DNA of 64,000 nt from an uncultured Clostridia bacterium (GCA_947625145.1 CANQNC010000001.1:74312-138311), one strand, 5' to 3'; positions 18,324 to 28,388 are shown, counted from the stretch's first letter. Numbers and translations are program-made. The notes: generated from the sequence alone by a model not told the origin.

Positions 18324-19519
18324 TGGGCAAAAATTCCAAAAAAGAGTGTATCGCCATGCTTCTTGCGGGCGGACAGGGCACGCGACTCGGCGTGCTCACC
18401 TCCAATGTTGCAAAGCCCGCGGTGCCGTTTGGAGCAAAGTATCGCATCATAGATTTCCCGCTTTCAAACAGCATCAACAGCGGCATTGACACCATTGGCG
18501 TGCTTACGCAGTACAGGCCTTTCGAGCTGCATCAATACATAGGCAACGGGCAGCCGTGGGATCTGGATAGGCTTTCGGGCGGCATCTATGTTTTGCCCCC
18601 TTACATGGGCGCGAAGTCGGGGGAGTGGTACAAGGGCACCGCAAACGCGATCTTCCAAAACATAGACTTTATCGACAACTATGACCCCGATTATGTCGTG
18701 ATCTTGAGCGGAGACCATATCTACAAGATGGATTACAGCGACATGCTCGCGGAGCACAAGCGCAACAACGCGGACTGCACCATCGCCGTGCGCGACGTCC
18801 CCATCGAGGAGGCAAGCCGCTTCGGGATACTCAACCTCAAAAAGAACTCCAAGCAGATCGAGGAGTTTGAGGAAAAGCCCAAACAGCCCAAAAGCACAAA
18901 GGCGTCCATGGGCATCTACATTTTCACTTGGGCGAAGCTCAGGCAATATCTCGTGGACGACGAGGCGGACAAGGCCTCGGAAAACGACTTCGGCAAAAAC
19001 ATCATTCCGAAGATGCTCAACGACAATCAGCGCATGTTCGCATATCAGTTCGACGGCTATTGGAAGGACGTCGGCACGATTTCCTCGCTGTGGGAGGCAA
19101 ACATGGACATCCTGTTCGGCGGAGAGTTGAACCTTGACGACGACAAGTGGAAGATCTACGCGCGCAACAACGCCGAGCCGCCGCAGTTTATCGCGCCCAC
19201 GGGGAAGGTCACAAATTGCCTTATCTCGGAAGGCACGGTCATCAAGGGCACGGTCAAGGACAGCGTGATCTCGCACTCCGTCTATGTCGGGGAAAACGCG
19301 TACGTCGAGGCGTCCATCATCATGCCGGGCGCGGTCATCGAGGACGGCGCGGACATTCGCTATTCCATCGTCGGCTGGGACGCGGTCGTCGGCAAAAACG
19401 CCATGGTCGGCGAAACGCTTGACAAATGCCGTCCGGGCGAGTGGAAGATCAGCGTGATAGGCCCCGACTATCATCTGCCCGAGGACGCTGTAGTCGGCGC
19501 CAACGAAATGCTGGGCTAA
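18323..19519 (+). CDS. glgC: Glucose-1-phosphate adenylyltransferase GlgC
   Basis: [32 protein letters not shown]. The ATG overlaps the glgB TGA by 1 nt. Confidence 0.95.
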   Translation: MGKNSKKECIAMLLAGGQGTRLGVLTSNVAKPAVPFGAKYRIIDFPLSNSINSGIDTIGVLTQYRPFELHQYIGNGQPWDLDRLSGGIYVLPPYMGAKSGEWYKGTANAIFQNIDFIDNYDPDYVVILSGDHIYKMDYSDMLAEHKRNNADCTIAVRDVPIEEASRFGILNLKKNSKQIEEFEEKPKQPKSTKASMGIYIFTWAKLRQYLVDDEADKASENDFGKNIIPKMLNDNQRMFAYQFDGYWKDVGTISSLWEANMDILFGGELNLDDDKWKIYARNNAEPPQFIAPTGKVTNCLISEGTVIKGTVKDSVISHSVYVGENAYVEASIIMPGAVIEDGADIRYSIVGWDAVVGKNAMVGETLDKCRPGEWKISVIGPDYHLPEDAVVGANEMLG

Positions 19520-19530
19520 GGAGGGTAATT

Positions 19531-20646
19531 ATGAAAAACCATACAATGAGCGTATTGTTCACATCCGACGCGGAAAATCATCTCAACGATCTGACGATCC
19601 ACCGCACAACGGCGTCCCTCCCGTTCGGAGGCAGATACAGGCTGATAGACTTTGCTTTGAGCAACCTCGTGCACGCCAACATCACCACCATAGGCATTGT
19701 CACGCGCAACAACTACAACTCTCTCATGGACCACATTCGCATGGGCAGAGATTGGGACCTCAACAGGAAAAACAGCGGCATCACGGTGTTCCCGCCCTTC
19801 GTTTTCAACGCGGCGCACGAGGTGTACAAGGGCAAGATAGAGGCGCTGTACACTCTGCGCGGTTTCATGATGGACGCAAGCGAGGAGTACGTCGTCATCG
19901 CCAACACAAACATTGCGTTCAACCTTGACTTCGAGGCGGTGGAGGCTTTCCACATCGAAAAGGGCGCGGACATCACCGTGCTCACTTACAATACAGACGA
20001 CACCAACCCGCGCAAGATCATTATCAGCAAGGACAAAAACAACCGCATCACGGACATGCGTCATCCCGTCGCAAGCGACGCGGGCAAACAGCTTTGCAAC
20101 CTCAACATATACTTCATCAAAAAGGACCTTCTCATTTCCCTCGTGGACAACGCGTACGCGCACGGCGCCTACGATTTTGAAAAGGATATCCTTCAAAAGA
20201 AGTTGGACGAGCTGTATATCATGAACTACGAAGTCAAGGACTACGTCGCGGTGATCGACCGCATCCCCTCCTACTTCAAGCACAGCATGGAACTTCTTGA
20301 CCCCGAAGTGCGCGAGGCGCTGTTCTACAAGCACTCCACCATCCTCACCAAGGTCAAGGACAGCGTGCCCACCAAGTACAAAGAGGGCGCCAACGTCAAA
20401 AACTCCATTATCGCAGACGGCTGTGTGATAGACGGCACCGTGGAAAATTCCATTCTTTTCCGTTCCGTCAAGGTCGGCAAAGGCGCGGTCATTCGCAACT
20501 CCATCGTCATGGAGGACTCCATCATCATGGACGGCGCGTCCCTCAACTACACCATCACCGACAAGGACGTCATCATCCAATCGGGCAGGACGCTCAGCGG
20601 GTATGAGTCGTATCCTATGGTGGTGGTCAAAGGCAAAGTCATCTAA
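19531..20646 (+). CDS. glgD: Glucose-1-phosphate adenylyltransferase regulatory subunit GlgD
   Basis: GlgC paralogue lacking the GGxGxRL loop (FGGRYRLIDFALSN). GGAGGG lies upstream of the ATG at 19531. Firmicute-type glgCD pair. Confidence 0.9.
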   Translation: MKNHTMSVLFTSDAENHLNDLTIHRTTASLPFGGRYRLIDFALSNLVHANITTIGIVTRNNYNSLMDHIRMGRDWDLNRKNSGITVFPPFVFNAAHEVYKGKIEALYTLRGFMMDASEEYVVIANTNIAFNLDFEAVEAFHIEKGADITVLTYNTDDTNPRKIIISKDKNNRITDMRHPVASDAGKQLCNLNIYFIKKDLLISLVDNAYAHGAYDFEKDILQKKLDELYIMNYEVKDYVAVIDRIPSYFKHSMELLDPEVREALFYKHSTILTKVKDSVPTKYKEGANVKNSIIADGCVIDGTVENSILFRSVKVGKGAVIRNSIVMEDSIIMDGASLNYTITDKDVIIQSGRTLSGYESYPMVVVKGKVI

Positions 20647-20650
20647 GTCT

Positions 20651-20774
20651 AAACCGCACTATTTGGCGCTATGCGGCGTCAACAGTCCTATCTCTCGCCG
20701 TCATGTACTACATGTACATTAGGCGGCTCGTGCTAGGCTTGTTTCCTTGCCTAGCGTCCAAATATTGCGGTTTA
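20651..20774. repeat. Long imperfect hairpin repeat, copy 1 (after glgD)
   Basis: AAACCGCACTATTTGGCGCTATGC...CTCGCCGTCATGTAC-TACA-TGTACATTAGGCGGCTCG...GCGTCCAAATATTGCGGTTT. Same family as the copies at 37672, 50058 and 50367. Confidence 0.85.
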
Positions 20775-21170
20775 GAAGGAGCCTTATCGTATGTAAGGTT
20801 TAAGTCCAACTGTGTGGCGCTATGCTGTGTCAGCGGGGGCGACCGACGATGTGTGCACGATCTGCATTTAGGCGGTCAATCGCGCTCTGTTTCCTTGCAT
20901 AGCATCCAAATATTGCGGTTTAGAAGGAACCTTATCATGTGTAAGGTCTAAGTCCAACTGTTTGGCGCTATGCGGCGTCAACGGGCGAGGCTGACGACGT
21001 GAGCACAATCTGCATTTAGGCAGTCAATCGCGCTCTGCTTCTTTGCTTAGCATCAGATGCGGTTAAAAGCCTAACCATGTGTGGGGGCTAAGTCAAAACG
21101 TGTGGCGCAATGCGGCGTCAAAGGGCGAGGCGGCGGCGCAAGAATTTGCCGTCGGCGCGCTTGCGCAAAG
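20775..21170. repeat. About three degenerate tandem units (142-148 bp) derived from the hairpin repeat
   Basis: Anchor GAAGGA(G/A)CCTTATC at 20775 and 20923, with a diverged AAAAGCCTAACC at about 21065. Each unit carries GGCGCTATGC...GCATTTAGGC(G/A)GTCAATCGCGCTCTG...GCATC. Confidence 0.75.
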
Positions 21171-21241
21171 AAAAGACATGACCGATAAAATTCGGAGGAA
21201 TTTATTCGGCTGAATACCAAAAACTATATTTGAGGTATACT

Positions 21242-22666
21242 ATGAAAATACTGTTTGTGGCATCTGAAGCGGCGCCGTTTGTCAGGTCGGGGGGACTTGG
21301 CGACGTTGCCGGGGCGCTGCCTAAGGCGCTCAACGAGTTGGGGCATGATTGCAGAGTTATCCTGCCCTTCTACAAGGAGGAGATCAAGGCGGAGTTTCAG
21401 CACAATCTGCGCTTTGTGGCTTCCACCTATGTGGATCTGAGTTGGAGGCGCCAATATTGCGGGTTGTACGAGGCGGTTTACGACGGCGTGACCTTCTATT
21501 TTGTGGACAACGAATATTATTTCAAGCGCAACGGGCTTTACGGCCACTTTGACGACGGCGAGAGGTTCGCGTTCTTCTCAAAGGCGGTTTTGGAAGTCCT
21601 GCCGCTTGCCGATTTCTGTCCGGACGTCATTCATGCCAACGACTGGCACACCGCGCTTGTGCCCGTGTTCCTCGACGTGTTTTATCGTGAGAGGGAGGAG
21701 TACAAGCACACAAAGACAGTGTTCACCATCCACAACATAGAGTTTCAGGGCAAATACGGCGAGGGCTTGATCAGGGACATCCTCGGCCTTCCCGAATCCG
21801 CCTCGTCGCTTGTGATGATGGGGGATTGCGTGAACTATATGAAAGGCGGCATCGAGAGCGCAAACGCCGTGACCACCGTCAGCGAGACGTACGCGGGGGA
21901 GATCATGGATCCCTTCTATTCCTACGGCCTTGAGGGCATACTTTCCGCCCGCAGTTTCAAACTGCACGGCGTGATCAACGGGATCGACCAAACAGTCTAC
22001 GATCCCGCAAAAGACCCCCGCCTGTTTGAAAACTACTCCGTCAAAAACTACGCCAAGGGCAAGGCGGCAAACAAGAAGGCGCTCTCCGAGCTTATCGACC
22101 TTCCCTACATGCCGGACAGGCCGCTTGTGGCGATGGTCTCCCGCCTGACCGAGCAGAAGGGCATGGACCTCGTGGGCGCGGTCATAGACGACGTTATGCG
22201 CGCGGACACGCAGGTCGTGATCCTCGGCACGGGGGATTGGAAGTACGAAAACATGATCAAGTCGGTGGAAAGCCGCTATCCCAACAAATTCCGCGCCATC
22301 CTCGCGTTTTCGGGCGACCTTGCAAGCAAGCTGTACGGCGCAAGCGACATCTTCCTTATGCCGTCCAAGTTCGAGCCGTGCGGGCTGAGCCAGCTTATCG
22401 CCATGCGCTACGGCACAATCCCCGTCGTGAGAGAGACGGGCGGGCTGAAAGACACTGTCCCCGCGTTCAACCCCGAGACGGGCGAGGGCAAGGGCTTCAC
22501 CTTCAAGACCTACAACGCCTACGACATGCTCGACGCGATCTGGCGCGCCTACGCCTGCTATTTCGACAAGGCAAATTGGGACAAAGTTGTCAAAAACGCC
22601 ATGAAGTCGGACTTCAGCTGGAAGGTCAGCGCAAAGAAGTATGTCGAGATTTACAAGGGGCTGTAA
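21242..22666 (+). CDS. glgA: Glycogen synthase GlgA
   Basis: N-terminal KILFVASEAAPFVRSGGLGDV (KxGGL), C-terminal PSKFEPCGLSQL, 474 aa. Confidence 0.95.
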   Translation: MKILFVASEAAPFVRSGGLGDVAGALPKALNELGHDCRVILPFYKEEIKAEFQHNLRFVASTYVDLSWRRQYCGLYEAVYDGVTFYFVDNEYYFKRNGLYGHFDDGERFAFFSKAVLEVLPLADFCPDVIHANDWHTALVPVFLDVFYREREEYKHTKTVFTIHNIEFQGKYGEGLIRDILGLPESASSLVMMGDCVNYMKGGIESANAVTTVSETYAGEIMDPFYSYGLEGILSARSFKLHGVINGIDQTVYDPAKDPRLFENYSVKNYAKGKAANKKALSELIDLPYMPDRPLVAMVSRLTEQKGMDLVGAVIDDVMRADTQVVILGTGDWKYENMIKSVESRYPNKFRAILAFSGDLASKLYGASDIFLMPSKFEPCGLSQLIAMRYGTIPVVRETGGLKDTVPAFNPETGEGKGFTFKTYNAYDMLDAIWRAYACYFDKANWDKVVKNAMKSDFSWKVSAKKYVEIYKGL

Positions 22667-22702
22667 ATAAAAAATCGTAAAATAAAATACAGCGTTTTGA
22701 AT

Positions 22703-22732
22703 AAAACAGCGAGGAATTTGCCTCGCTGTTTT
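22703..22732. terminator. Bidirectional rho-independent terminator between glgA and the convergent membrane-protein gene
   Basis: AAAA-CAGCGAGG-AATTTG-CCTCGCTG-TTTT. Confidence 0.8.
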
Positions 22733-22762
22733 ATTCAAACATAAGCAAACAATGCGTTTGAA

Positions 22763-23281
22763 TTATTTGGTCACGTATGGGTTTTTGGTTCTGAGTTTGT
22801 ATTTTTTGCCGCACTTGTTGCAAACAAACGTCTCCTCGTCGACCATATTCAGCGCGGTTCCGCACTCGGGGCAGGTGAAATGCGGGCTGTCATGGTCGGC
22901 CGTGTCGCCATATGGTTGTCCACCTTTGTACAAAGATACCTCTTCCAAACGCAGATTTGAAACGTCTTTTGTTTTAAGAAGTTGTATCAGCTGTGCTTGT
23001 TGCAATCCTTCAATATCTTTCCGCTTGGCATTTTGCAATTCCGTACCATACATTATGGTCAATCCCAACGCCGTGGCAAGCATGCCGAAAGAAACAATTA
23101 TTATCGAAACCATTATCGGGGCGCCGAATGTATATTCTTGGAAGGCGGTATATTCATAAGAAGTAAAATAATAGACGGCTCCGCATGCGCCGCATGCTAC
23201 GCAGAAAGAGTATAACAGTATGGTTAAGGAAACAAATATCCAAATTATGCTTACTGCAAGTTTTGCTTTGATTTTGGTCAT
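22763..23281 (-). CDS. Membrane protein (3 TM) with a C-terminal cytoplasmic CxxC...CxxC zinc ribbon, unknown function
   Basis: Hydrophobic N-terminal half, coiled linker, then FTCPECGTALNMVDEETFVCNKCGKKY. GGAGG lies upstream of the ATG at 23281. AT-rich by eye compared with the flanks. Confidence 0.65.
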   Translation of the reverse strand: MTKIKAKLAVSIIWIFVSLTILLYSFCVACGACGAVYYFTSYEYTAFQEYTFGAPIMVSIIIVSFGMLATALGLTIMYGTELQNAKRKDIEGLQQAQLIQLLKTKDVSNLRLEEVSLYKGGQPYGDTADHDSPHFTCPECGTALNMVDEETFVCNKCGKKYKLRTKNPYVTK

Positions 23282-23381
23282 AAATACCTCCGAGTTTGTT
23301 GATATTTTAATTGTAATCGCATAATATGCGATTGTCAAGGCATAAATCACCTTATGTGCGATTATTTCATAGGGTGACGAT

Positions 23382-23594
23382 ATGGAATTGAAGGATATTC
23401 AGGCAAGACTAAGACAATCTATAAAACATAGCGGGATAATGCAAAAAGAGATAGCCAAGATCATTGGCGTATCGCCGCAAACAGTGTCAAAATATATGAA
23501 AGAGGACATTTTTCCCGCGCTTGACACGCTTGCAAAACTGTGCAAAGCGCTCGATGTGTCGGCAGACTATATTTTGGGGATAAGCGAGAGCTGA
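23382..23594 (+). CDS. XRE-family helix-turn-helix transcriptional regulator (70 aa)
   Basis: HTH_3 pattern MQKEIAKIIGVSPQTVSKYMKE...LAKLCKALDVSADYILG. Divergent from the membrane zinc-ribbon gene. Confidence 0.85.
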   Translation: MELKDIQARLRQSIKHSGIMQKEIAKIIGVSPQTVSKYMKEDIFPALDTLAKLCKALDVSADYILGISES

Positions 23595-23666
23595 AAGAGT
23601 TTTTGAAGATCCAACGCGCGCAAATTTAAGTTTTTGCGAAAATTTTTTTGATTTGAAAACAATTAT

Positions 23667-23708
23667 GCCGTCTTTCGATATTGCTACGCATATCAAGACG
23701 GCTTTTTT
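23667..23708 (+). terminator. Rho-independent terminator after the XRE gene
   Basis: GCCGTCTT...AAGACGGC followed by TTTTTT. Confidence 0.7.
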
Positions 23709-23757
23709 GCGGGGGACGGAGAGGGGACTTTCATAGCAAATTAAATTCGCGTAGGTG

Positions 23758-23786
23758 TTGACAAGACTATGTGAAATTTGTAAAAT
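23758..23786 (+). promoter_or_regulatory. Sigma-A-type promoter of glgP
   Basis: TTGACA, 17-bp spacer, TAAAAT. Confidence 0.65.
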
Positions 23787-23797
23787 ATTATGCGACG

Positions 23798-23821
23798 ATA
23801 TAATATATGCATATATTATAT
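23798..23821. promoter_or_regulatory. Perfect 24-bp palindrome (operator-like) just downstream of the glgP -10
   Basis: ATATAATATATG|CATATATTATAT; both halves were checked base by base. Confidence 0.5.
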
Positions 23822-23879
23822 TGGAAATAATCCATATATCTTTCGGCTCGGGGGGATCCGCGGGATAAAGGCAGGAGAA

Positions 23880-26315
23880 ATGAAATATTCAGTGACAACC
23901 GAAGAGTTTGCGGCTCAGCTTACTTCCACTTTGGCAAGATACTTCGGCGTGAAACCCGAGGACGCAAGCAAGACGCAGATCTACCGCGCGACCTGCATGT
24001 GCGTGAGAGACATCCTCACCCAAACCAGAGTCAATTTCAAAAAGCAAGTCAGAGAGAAAAACGCCAAGCAGATATACTACATGTCCATGGAGTTTTTGCT
24101 TGGAAGGTCCCTCAAAAACCATCTTTTCAACATGGGCATCACCGAAGAGGTGCGCAAGGCGGTGGAGAGCTTCGGCGTAAGCCTTGACGAGATCTACGCG
24201 TTCGAGCCGGACGCGGGGCTGGGCAACGGCGGCTTGGGCAGGCTTGCGGCGGCGTATATGGACGCGCTGACGTCAAGAGGCTATGCGGCAAGCGGATTTT
24301 CCATCCTCTACGACTACGGCCTGTTCAAGCAGATCATCGTGGACGGCTGGCAGCTCGAGCAACCCGACGATTGGCTCAAAATGGGGGACGTTTGGCTCGC
24401 CCCGCGCATGGAAGAGGTGTATCAAGTCAAGTTCGGCGGCGTCGTGGACCAAAATTGGCAGGACGGCAAGCTGACGGTCAATCAGCGGGACTGCACTGTG
24501 GTCAACGCCGTGCCCTATGACATGAACATAAGCGGCTACGACACGCCCACCGTCAACCGCATCCGCTTTTGGCATTCCGAAGCGCCGCAGGATTTCGACA
24601 TCCACATGTTCAGCAGGGGAGAGTACGTCAAGGCGTCCGCCGCAAAGGCGATGGCGGAGTCCATCAACAAAGTGCTTTATCCCGCAGACGATCATATCGA
24701 GGGCAAATCCTTAAGGCTCAAACAGCAATATTTCTTTGTGTCGGCGTCCGTGCAGAGCATTCTTCGCCGCCATCTCAAAACCAATCCCACATTGGACAAC
24801 CTCGCGGATTGCGTCGCCATCCACATCAACGACACGCATCCCACCCTTTGCATACCCGAACTCATGCGTTTGCTTTTGGACGAGTACGGCTATGGCTGGG
24901 ACGAGGCGTGGAAGATCACGACCAACACCATATCCTACACAAACCACACCGTCATGGCAGAAGCGCTTGAAAAATGGCCGCAGGACCTGTTCCAAAGCCT
25001 GTTGCCGCGCATCTATCAGATCGTGCACGAGATCAATCAACGCTTCTGCGCGGAACTTTGGAAGTTTTATCCCAACAGTTGGGACGTCGTGTCCCGCAAC
25101 GCCATTCTGTCAAACGGGCAGGTCAAGATGGCAAATCTTTGCCTCGCCACCTCACACACGGTCAACGGCGTGAGCGCGTTGCACAGCGACATACTCAAAT
25201 ACGACGTTTTTGCGGATTATTATCACATGCATCCCGAAAAATTCACCAACGTCACAAACGGCATCACTCATCGCCGTTGGGTATGTCAGGCAAACCCCGG
25301 GCTTGCCTCTCTCATCACCGAGCTCATCGGCGACGGCTGGATCAAGGACGCGGACAAACTTCAGGATCTGTTGCGCTTTATGGGGGACAGGCAGGTGCTT
25401 GACAGGCTTGCCGAGATCAAACTTGCAAACAAGCAACAGCTTGCCAAATTCATCGCCGAGCAGAACCACATTCAAGTGGACCCGCACAGCATTTTCGACG
25501 TACAGGTCAAGCGTTTGCACGAGTACAAGCGTCAGCTTCTGAACGCGTTGCATATCCTCGATCTGTATTACAGATTGAAGGAAAACCCCAACCTTGACAT
25601 ACAGCCTCGCACCTTCATCTTCGGCGCGAAGGCGGCAAGCGCGTATTATATGGCAAAACAGATCATCCGCTTGATCTGCACGCTTGCGGATGTCATCAAC
25701 AACGACCCCGACATCAACGGCAAGATCAAGGTCGTGTTTTTGGAAAACTACCGTGTGACCCTCGCGGAAATGATCATGCCCGCGGCAGAAGTGTCCGAGC
25801 AGATCTCCCTCGCGGGCAAAGAGGCGAGCGGCACGGGCAACATGAAGTTTATGATCAACGGCGCATTGACCATAGGCACGCTTGACGGCGCGAATGTGGA
25901 GATACATCAAGAGGTCGGGGACGAGAATATCTTCCTCTTCGGGCTCCTCGCGGATGAGGTGTCCAAAATGTGGAAGGAGGGCTACGACCCCTCGCATTAT
26001 TATCAGACAAATCCGCGCATCAAACGCCTGATCGACGCGCTCAGACAGGGCGGCAGAAACGGCGGGATCACCTTCGGCGAGATCGCGGATTCGCTGACGA
26101 TCGGCAGAGGCGGACAGCCCGACAGCTATATGGTGCTTGCGGACTTCGACAGCTATTGCGCCGCGCAGGAGAGAGTGGACGCCACCTACAGAGACCCCTA
26201 CACTTGGAACAGAATGTCCCTCGTCAACATTGCAAAGGCGGGCTTCTTCGCCGCGGACAGAGCGGTCGAGGAGTACGCTCAGCGCATCTGGGGGCTTGAA
26301 CCCATCAACAAATAA
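23880..26315 (+). CDS. glgP: Glycogen/maltodextrin phosphorylase GlgP
   Basis: PLP-site motif EASGTGNMKFMINGALTIGTLDGANVE, 811 aa. AGGAGA lies upstream of the ATG at 23880. Confidence 0.95.
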   Translation: MKYSVTTEEFAAQLTSTLARYFGVKPEDASKTQIYRATCMCVRDILTQTRVNFKKQVREKNAKQIYYMSMEFLLGRSLKNHLFNMGITEEVRKAVESFGVSLDEIYAFEPDAGLGNGGLGRLAAAYMDALTSRGYAASGFSILYDYGLFKQIIVDGWQLEQPDDWLKMGDVWLAPRMEEVYQVKFGGVVDQNWQDGKLTVNQRDCTVVNAVPYDMNISGYDTPTVNRIRFWHSEAPQDFDIHMFSRGEYVKASAAKAMAESINKVLYPADDHIEGKSLRLKQQYFFVSASVQSILRRHLKTNPTLDNLADCVAIHINDTHPTLCIPELMRLLLDEYGYGWDEAWKITTNTISYTNHTVMAEALEKWPQDLFQSLLPRIYQIVHEINQRFCAELWKFYPNSWDVVSRNAILSNGQVKMANLCLATSHTVNGVSALHSDILKYDVFADYYHMHPEKFTNVTNGITHRRWVCQANPGLASLITELIGDGWIKDADKLQDLLRFMGDRQVLDRLAEIKLANKQQLAKFIAEQNHIQVDPHSIFDVQVKRLHEYKRQLLNALHILDLYYRLKENPNLDIQPRTFIFGAKAASAYYMAKQIIRLICTLADVINNDPDINGKIKVVFLENYRVTLAEMIMPAAEVSEQISLAGKEASGTGNMKFMINGALTIGTLDGANVEIHQEVGDENIFLFGLLADEVSKMWKEGYDPSHYYQTNPRIKRLIDALRQGGRNGGITFGEIADSLTIGRGGQPDSYMVLADFDSYCAAQERVDATYRDPYTWNRMSLVNIAKAGFFAADRAVEEYAQRIWGLEPINK

Positions 26316-26351
26316 GACAGTATTCCGCCGCTTATGCGGCGGATTTGAATT

Positions 26352-28241
26352 ATGCCGATCTTTCATCCGTTCACATCCAAACGCCCCTACGGAGCTTCCG
26401 TCGCCGGCGAACCCACGTATGTGCGCTTTTGCGCGCCCGACGAGGTGCGCCGCGTTTTTATTGTTTTGCGGCAAGAGTTTTGCGTGGACGGCGAAGCGGG
26501 GGAGCCTTTGAGGCTTGAACTTGACCCATTGGACAGTGGGGAATTTGCGCTGTCCTTCACGCTGCCTAGCGCGGGCATATGGAAATATCGCTTTGAGGGA
26601 GAGCTTGAAAACGGGGACTTGGCGTTTTACGGCAGAGGCACGGACGGATATGCGATCAGAGGAGATTGGTTGCCCGAATGGCAGTTGACGGTGCAAAAAT
26701 GTGCGCGTAAAGTGCCGAATTGGGCAAAACAAGGCGTCATATATCAAATCTTCGCGGACAGGTTTTGCAGGACGGGCGAAACGCCGTTTGACAAAGAAGG
26801 ACGTCTGCACGTCTATTGGAACGATCGTCCCGACATCGCCGAACCCGACAAGGAATATCGCGCGGACGACTTCTTCGGCGGCAACGCGATGGGGATAATC
26901 TCGCGGCTTGACTATCTATGCTCCTTGGGGGTGAGTTGCATATATCTTTCCCCCGTTTTCGAGTCCTCCTCAAATCACCGCTACGACGTCGCGGACTATT
27001 TGAAGATAGACAGCCTGTTCGGAAGCGAGGAGGAGTTCCGCTTGCTGATACAAGAGGCAAACCGTCGCGGCATAAACATTATGCTTGACGGCGTGTTCAA
27101 CCACACGGGCGCGGACAGCGTTTATTTCAACAAATACGGAAACTATCCGTCCTTGGGCGCGTATCAATCCAAGCAGTCCCCGTATTTCGATTGGTATTAT
27201 TTTTCCGATTATCCCGTCGGCTATCATTGCTGGTGGGGGAGCACGGTCGTCCCCACGGTCAACAAGAGCGCGCAAGGTTTTCGCGAGCTCATCCTCGGAG
27301 AGGGCGGCGTGATAGACAAGTGGTCGTCCATGGGGGTCAAGGGCTGGCGATTGGACGTCGTGGACGAGCTTCCCTCGGACTTCACGACCGCGCTTTGCAG
27401 GCGGATACGCGACTTCGGCGAGGACATGTTTGTCGTGGGCGAGGTCTGGGAGGACGCCACAGTCAAGATCGCCTACGGGCAGTGGCGCCCGTATTTTATG
27501 GGCGAACAGCTGGATTCGGTGATGAATTATCCCTTCAAGGACGCAATTTTGGCGTACGCGCGCGGCGGGGATGCGGCGGCGTTTGCGGAGGCGGTCACGC
27601 TTGTTGCGGAGCACTATCCCTTTGACAATCTCTGCGCGCTGATGAACCTTGTCGGCAGTCACGACACGGTGCGCGCGATCACCGCGCTGAGCGGGGCGTC
27701 TCCCGCGACCAAGCGCGAGAGGGCGGAGTTCAAACTGTCCGACGAGCAATACGCGACGGCGCGCAAGCGGCTTATGCTGGCGTCCACGTTGCAATATCTC
27801 CTCCCCGGGGTGCCGTGTCTTTATTACGGCGACGAGGCGGGGATGCAGGGCTTCGAGGATCCCCTCAATCGCGGGACGTATCCGTGGGGAAGCGAGGACG
27901 AGACGCTGATCGCCCACTACGCGCGGCTTGGGGAGATACGCGGGAGATACGCGGACGTTTTGCAGGGGAAGTTGCTGTTTGCAAAGCATGCCTCTCTGCT
28001 CATTTTCGCGAGGGCGAGCGAAAAGGGCGTCCTCATCATCATTGCCAATTCCGCGGACAGGGATGTGCGCGTGGAGACAGAGGAATTTTTGCCGTCCTTG
28101 CTTAAAGAATGCTCCGAGCTTTTGGACAGGAAAGTCTGCGCGGAGGGGTTGAAAGACGTCTTTTCGGGCAAGACGGTGACGAAGCGTTTTACCGTGCCCG
28201 AAGTCGGCGCGCGCGTTTTTCTCGTTATCCCGCGCGGTTGA
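26352..28241 (+). CDS. GH13 alpha-amylase-family enzyme (neopullulanase/cyclomaltodextrinase-like)
   Basis: Four GH13 regions: DGVFNHTG, GWRLDVVDE, VVGEVWED, LVGSHDTVR. There is an N-terminal beta-domain and no signal peptide. Confidence 0.85.
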   Translation: MPIFHPFTSKRPYGASVAGEPTYVRFCAPDEVRRVFIVLRQEFCVDGEAGEPLRLELDPLDSGEFALSFTLPSAGIWKYRFEGELENGDLAFYGRGTDGYAIRGDWLPEWQLTVQKCARKVPNWAKQGVIYQIFADRFCRTGETPFDKEGRLHVYWNDRPDIAEPDKEYRADDFFGGNAMGIISRLDYLCSLGVSCIYLSPVFESSSNHRYDVADYLKIDSLFGSEEEFRLLIQEANRRGINIMLDGVFNHTGADSVYFNKYGNYPSLGAYQSKQSPYFDWYYFSDYPVGYHCWWGSTVVPTVNKSAQGFRELILGEGGVIDKWSSMGVKGWRLDVVDELPSDFTTALCRRIRDFGEDMFVVGEVWEDATVKIAYGQWRPYFMGEQLDSVMNYPFKDAILAYARGGDAAAFAEAVTLVAEHYPFDNLCALMNLVGSHDTVRAITALSGASPATKRERAEFKLSDEQYATARKRLMLASTLQYLLPGVPCLYYGDEAGMQGFEDPLNRGTYPWGSEDETLIAHYARLGEIRGRYADVLQGKLLFAKHASLLIFARASEKGVLIIIANSADRDVRVETEEFLPSLLKECSELLDRKVCAEGLKDVFSGKTVTKRFTVPEVGARVFLVIPRG

Positions 28242-28359
28242 ACGCCTATTTTAATTCGCATTTAACAATTTTCGGCTAAGATTGACCATAATAAATGCGG
28301 GACGGCAAGGCAAACGCCGAATTTGCGGCAAATCAAGCCGAGCTGTTGCATTTTTTGCG

Positions 28360-28388
28360 TTGACTTTTTTATGTTTAATTTCTATAAT
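28360..28388 (+). promoter_or_regulatory. Sigma-A-type promoter of ftsH
   Basis: TTGACT, 17-bp spacer, TATAAT. Confidence 0.65.

Noticed and set aside
20647-21170. Possible CRISPR array (regularly spaced repeats between glgD and glgA).
   Set aside because: The repeat units are ~125-148 bp, degenerate and contiguous with no unique spacers. Each is itself a long hairpin. No cas genes are present in the window.
22667-23879. Prophage remnant or mobile element at the AT-rich islet. The same question applies to 37.8-39.6 kb.
   Set aside because: There are no integrase, transposase, recombinase or phage structural genes, and no flanking direct repeats or tRNA. Only the compositional shift and XRE-type regulators point that way. 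I kept it as a low-interest finding rather than a mobile-element call.
26324-26346. Hairpin TCCGCCGC-TTAT-GCGGCGGA followed by TTTG between glgP and the GH13 gene, as a full terminator.
   Set aside because: The U-tract is short, and the downstream gene starts 6 nt later with no promoter of its own. It is more likely a partial attenuator or mRNA-stabilising stem within one transcription unit.
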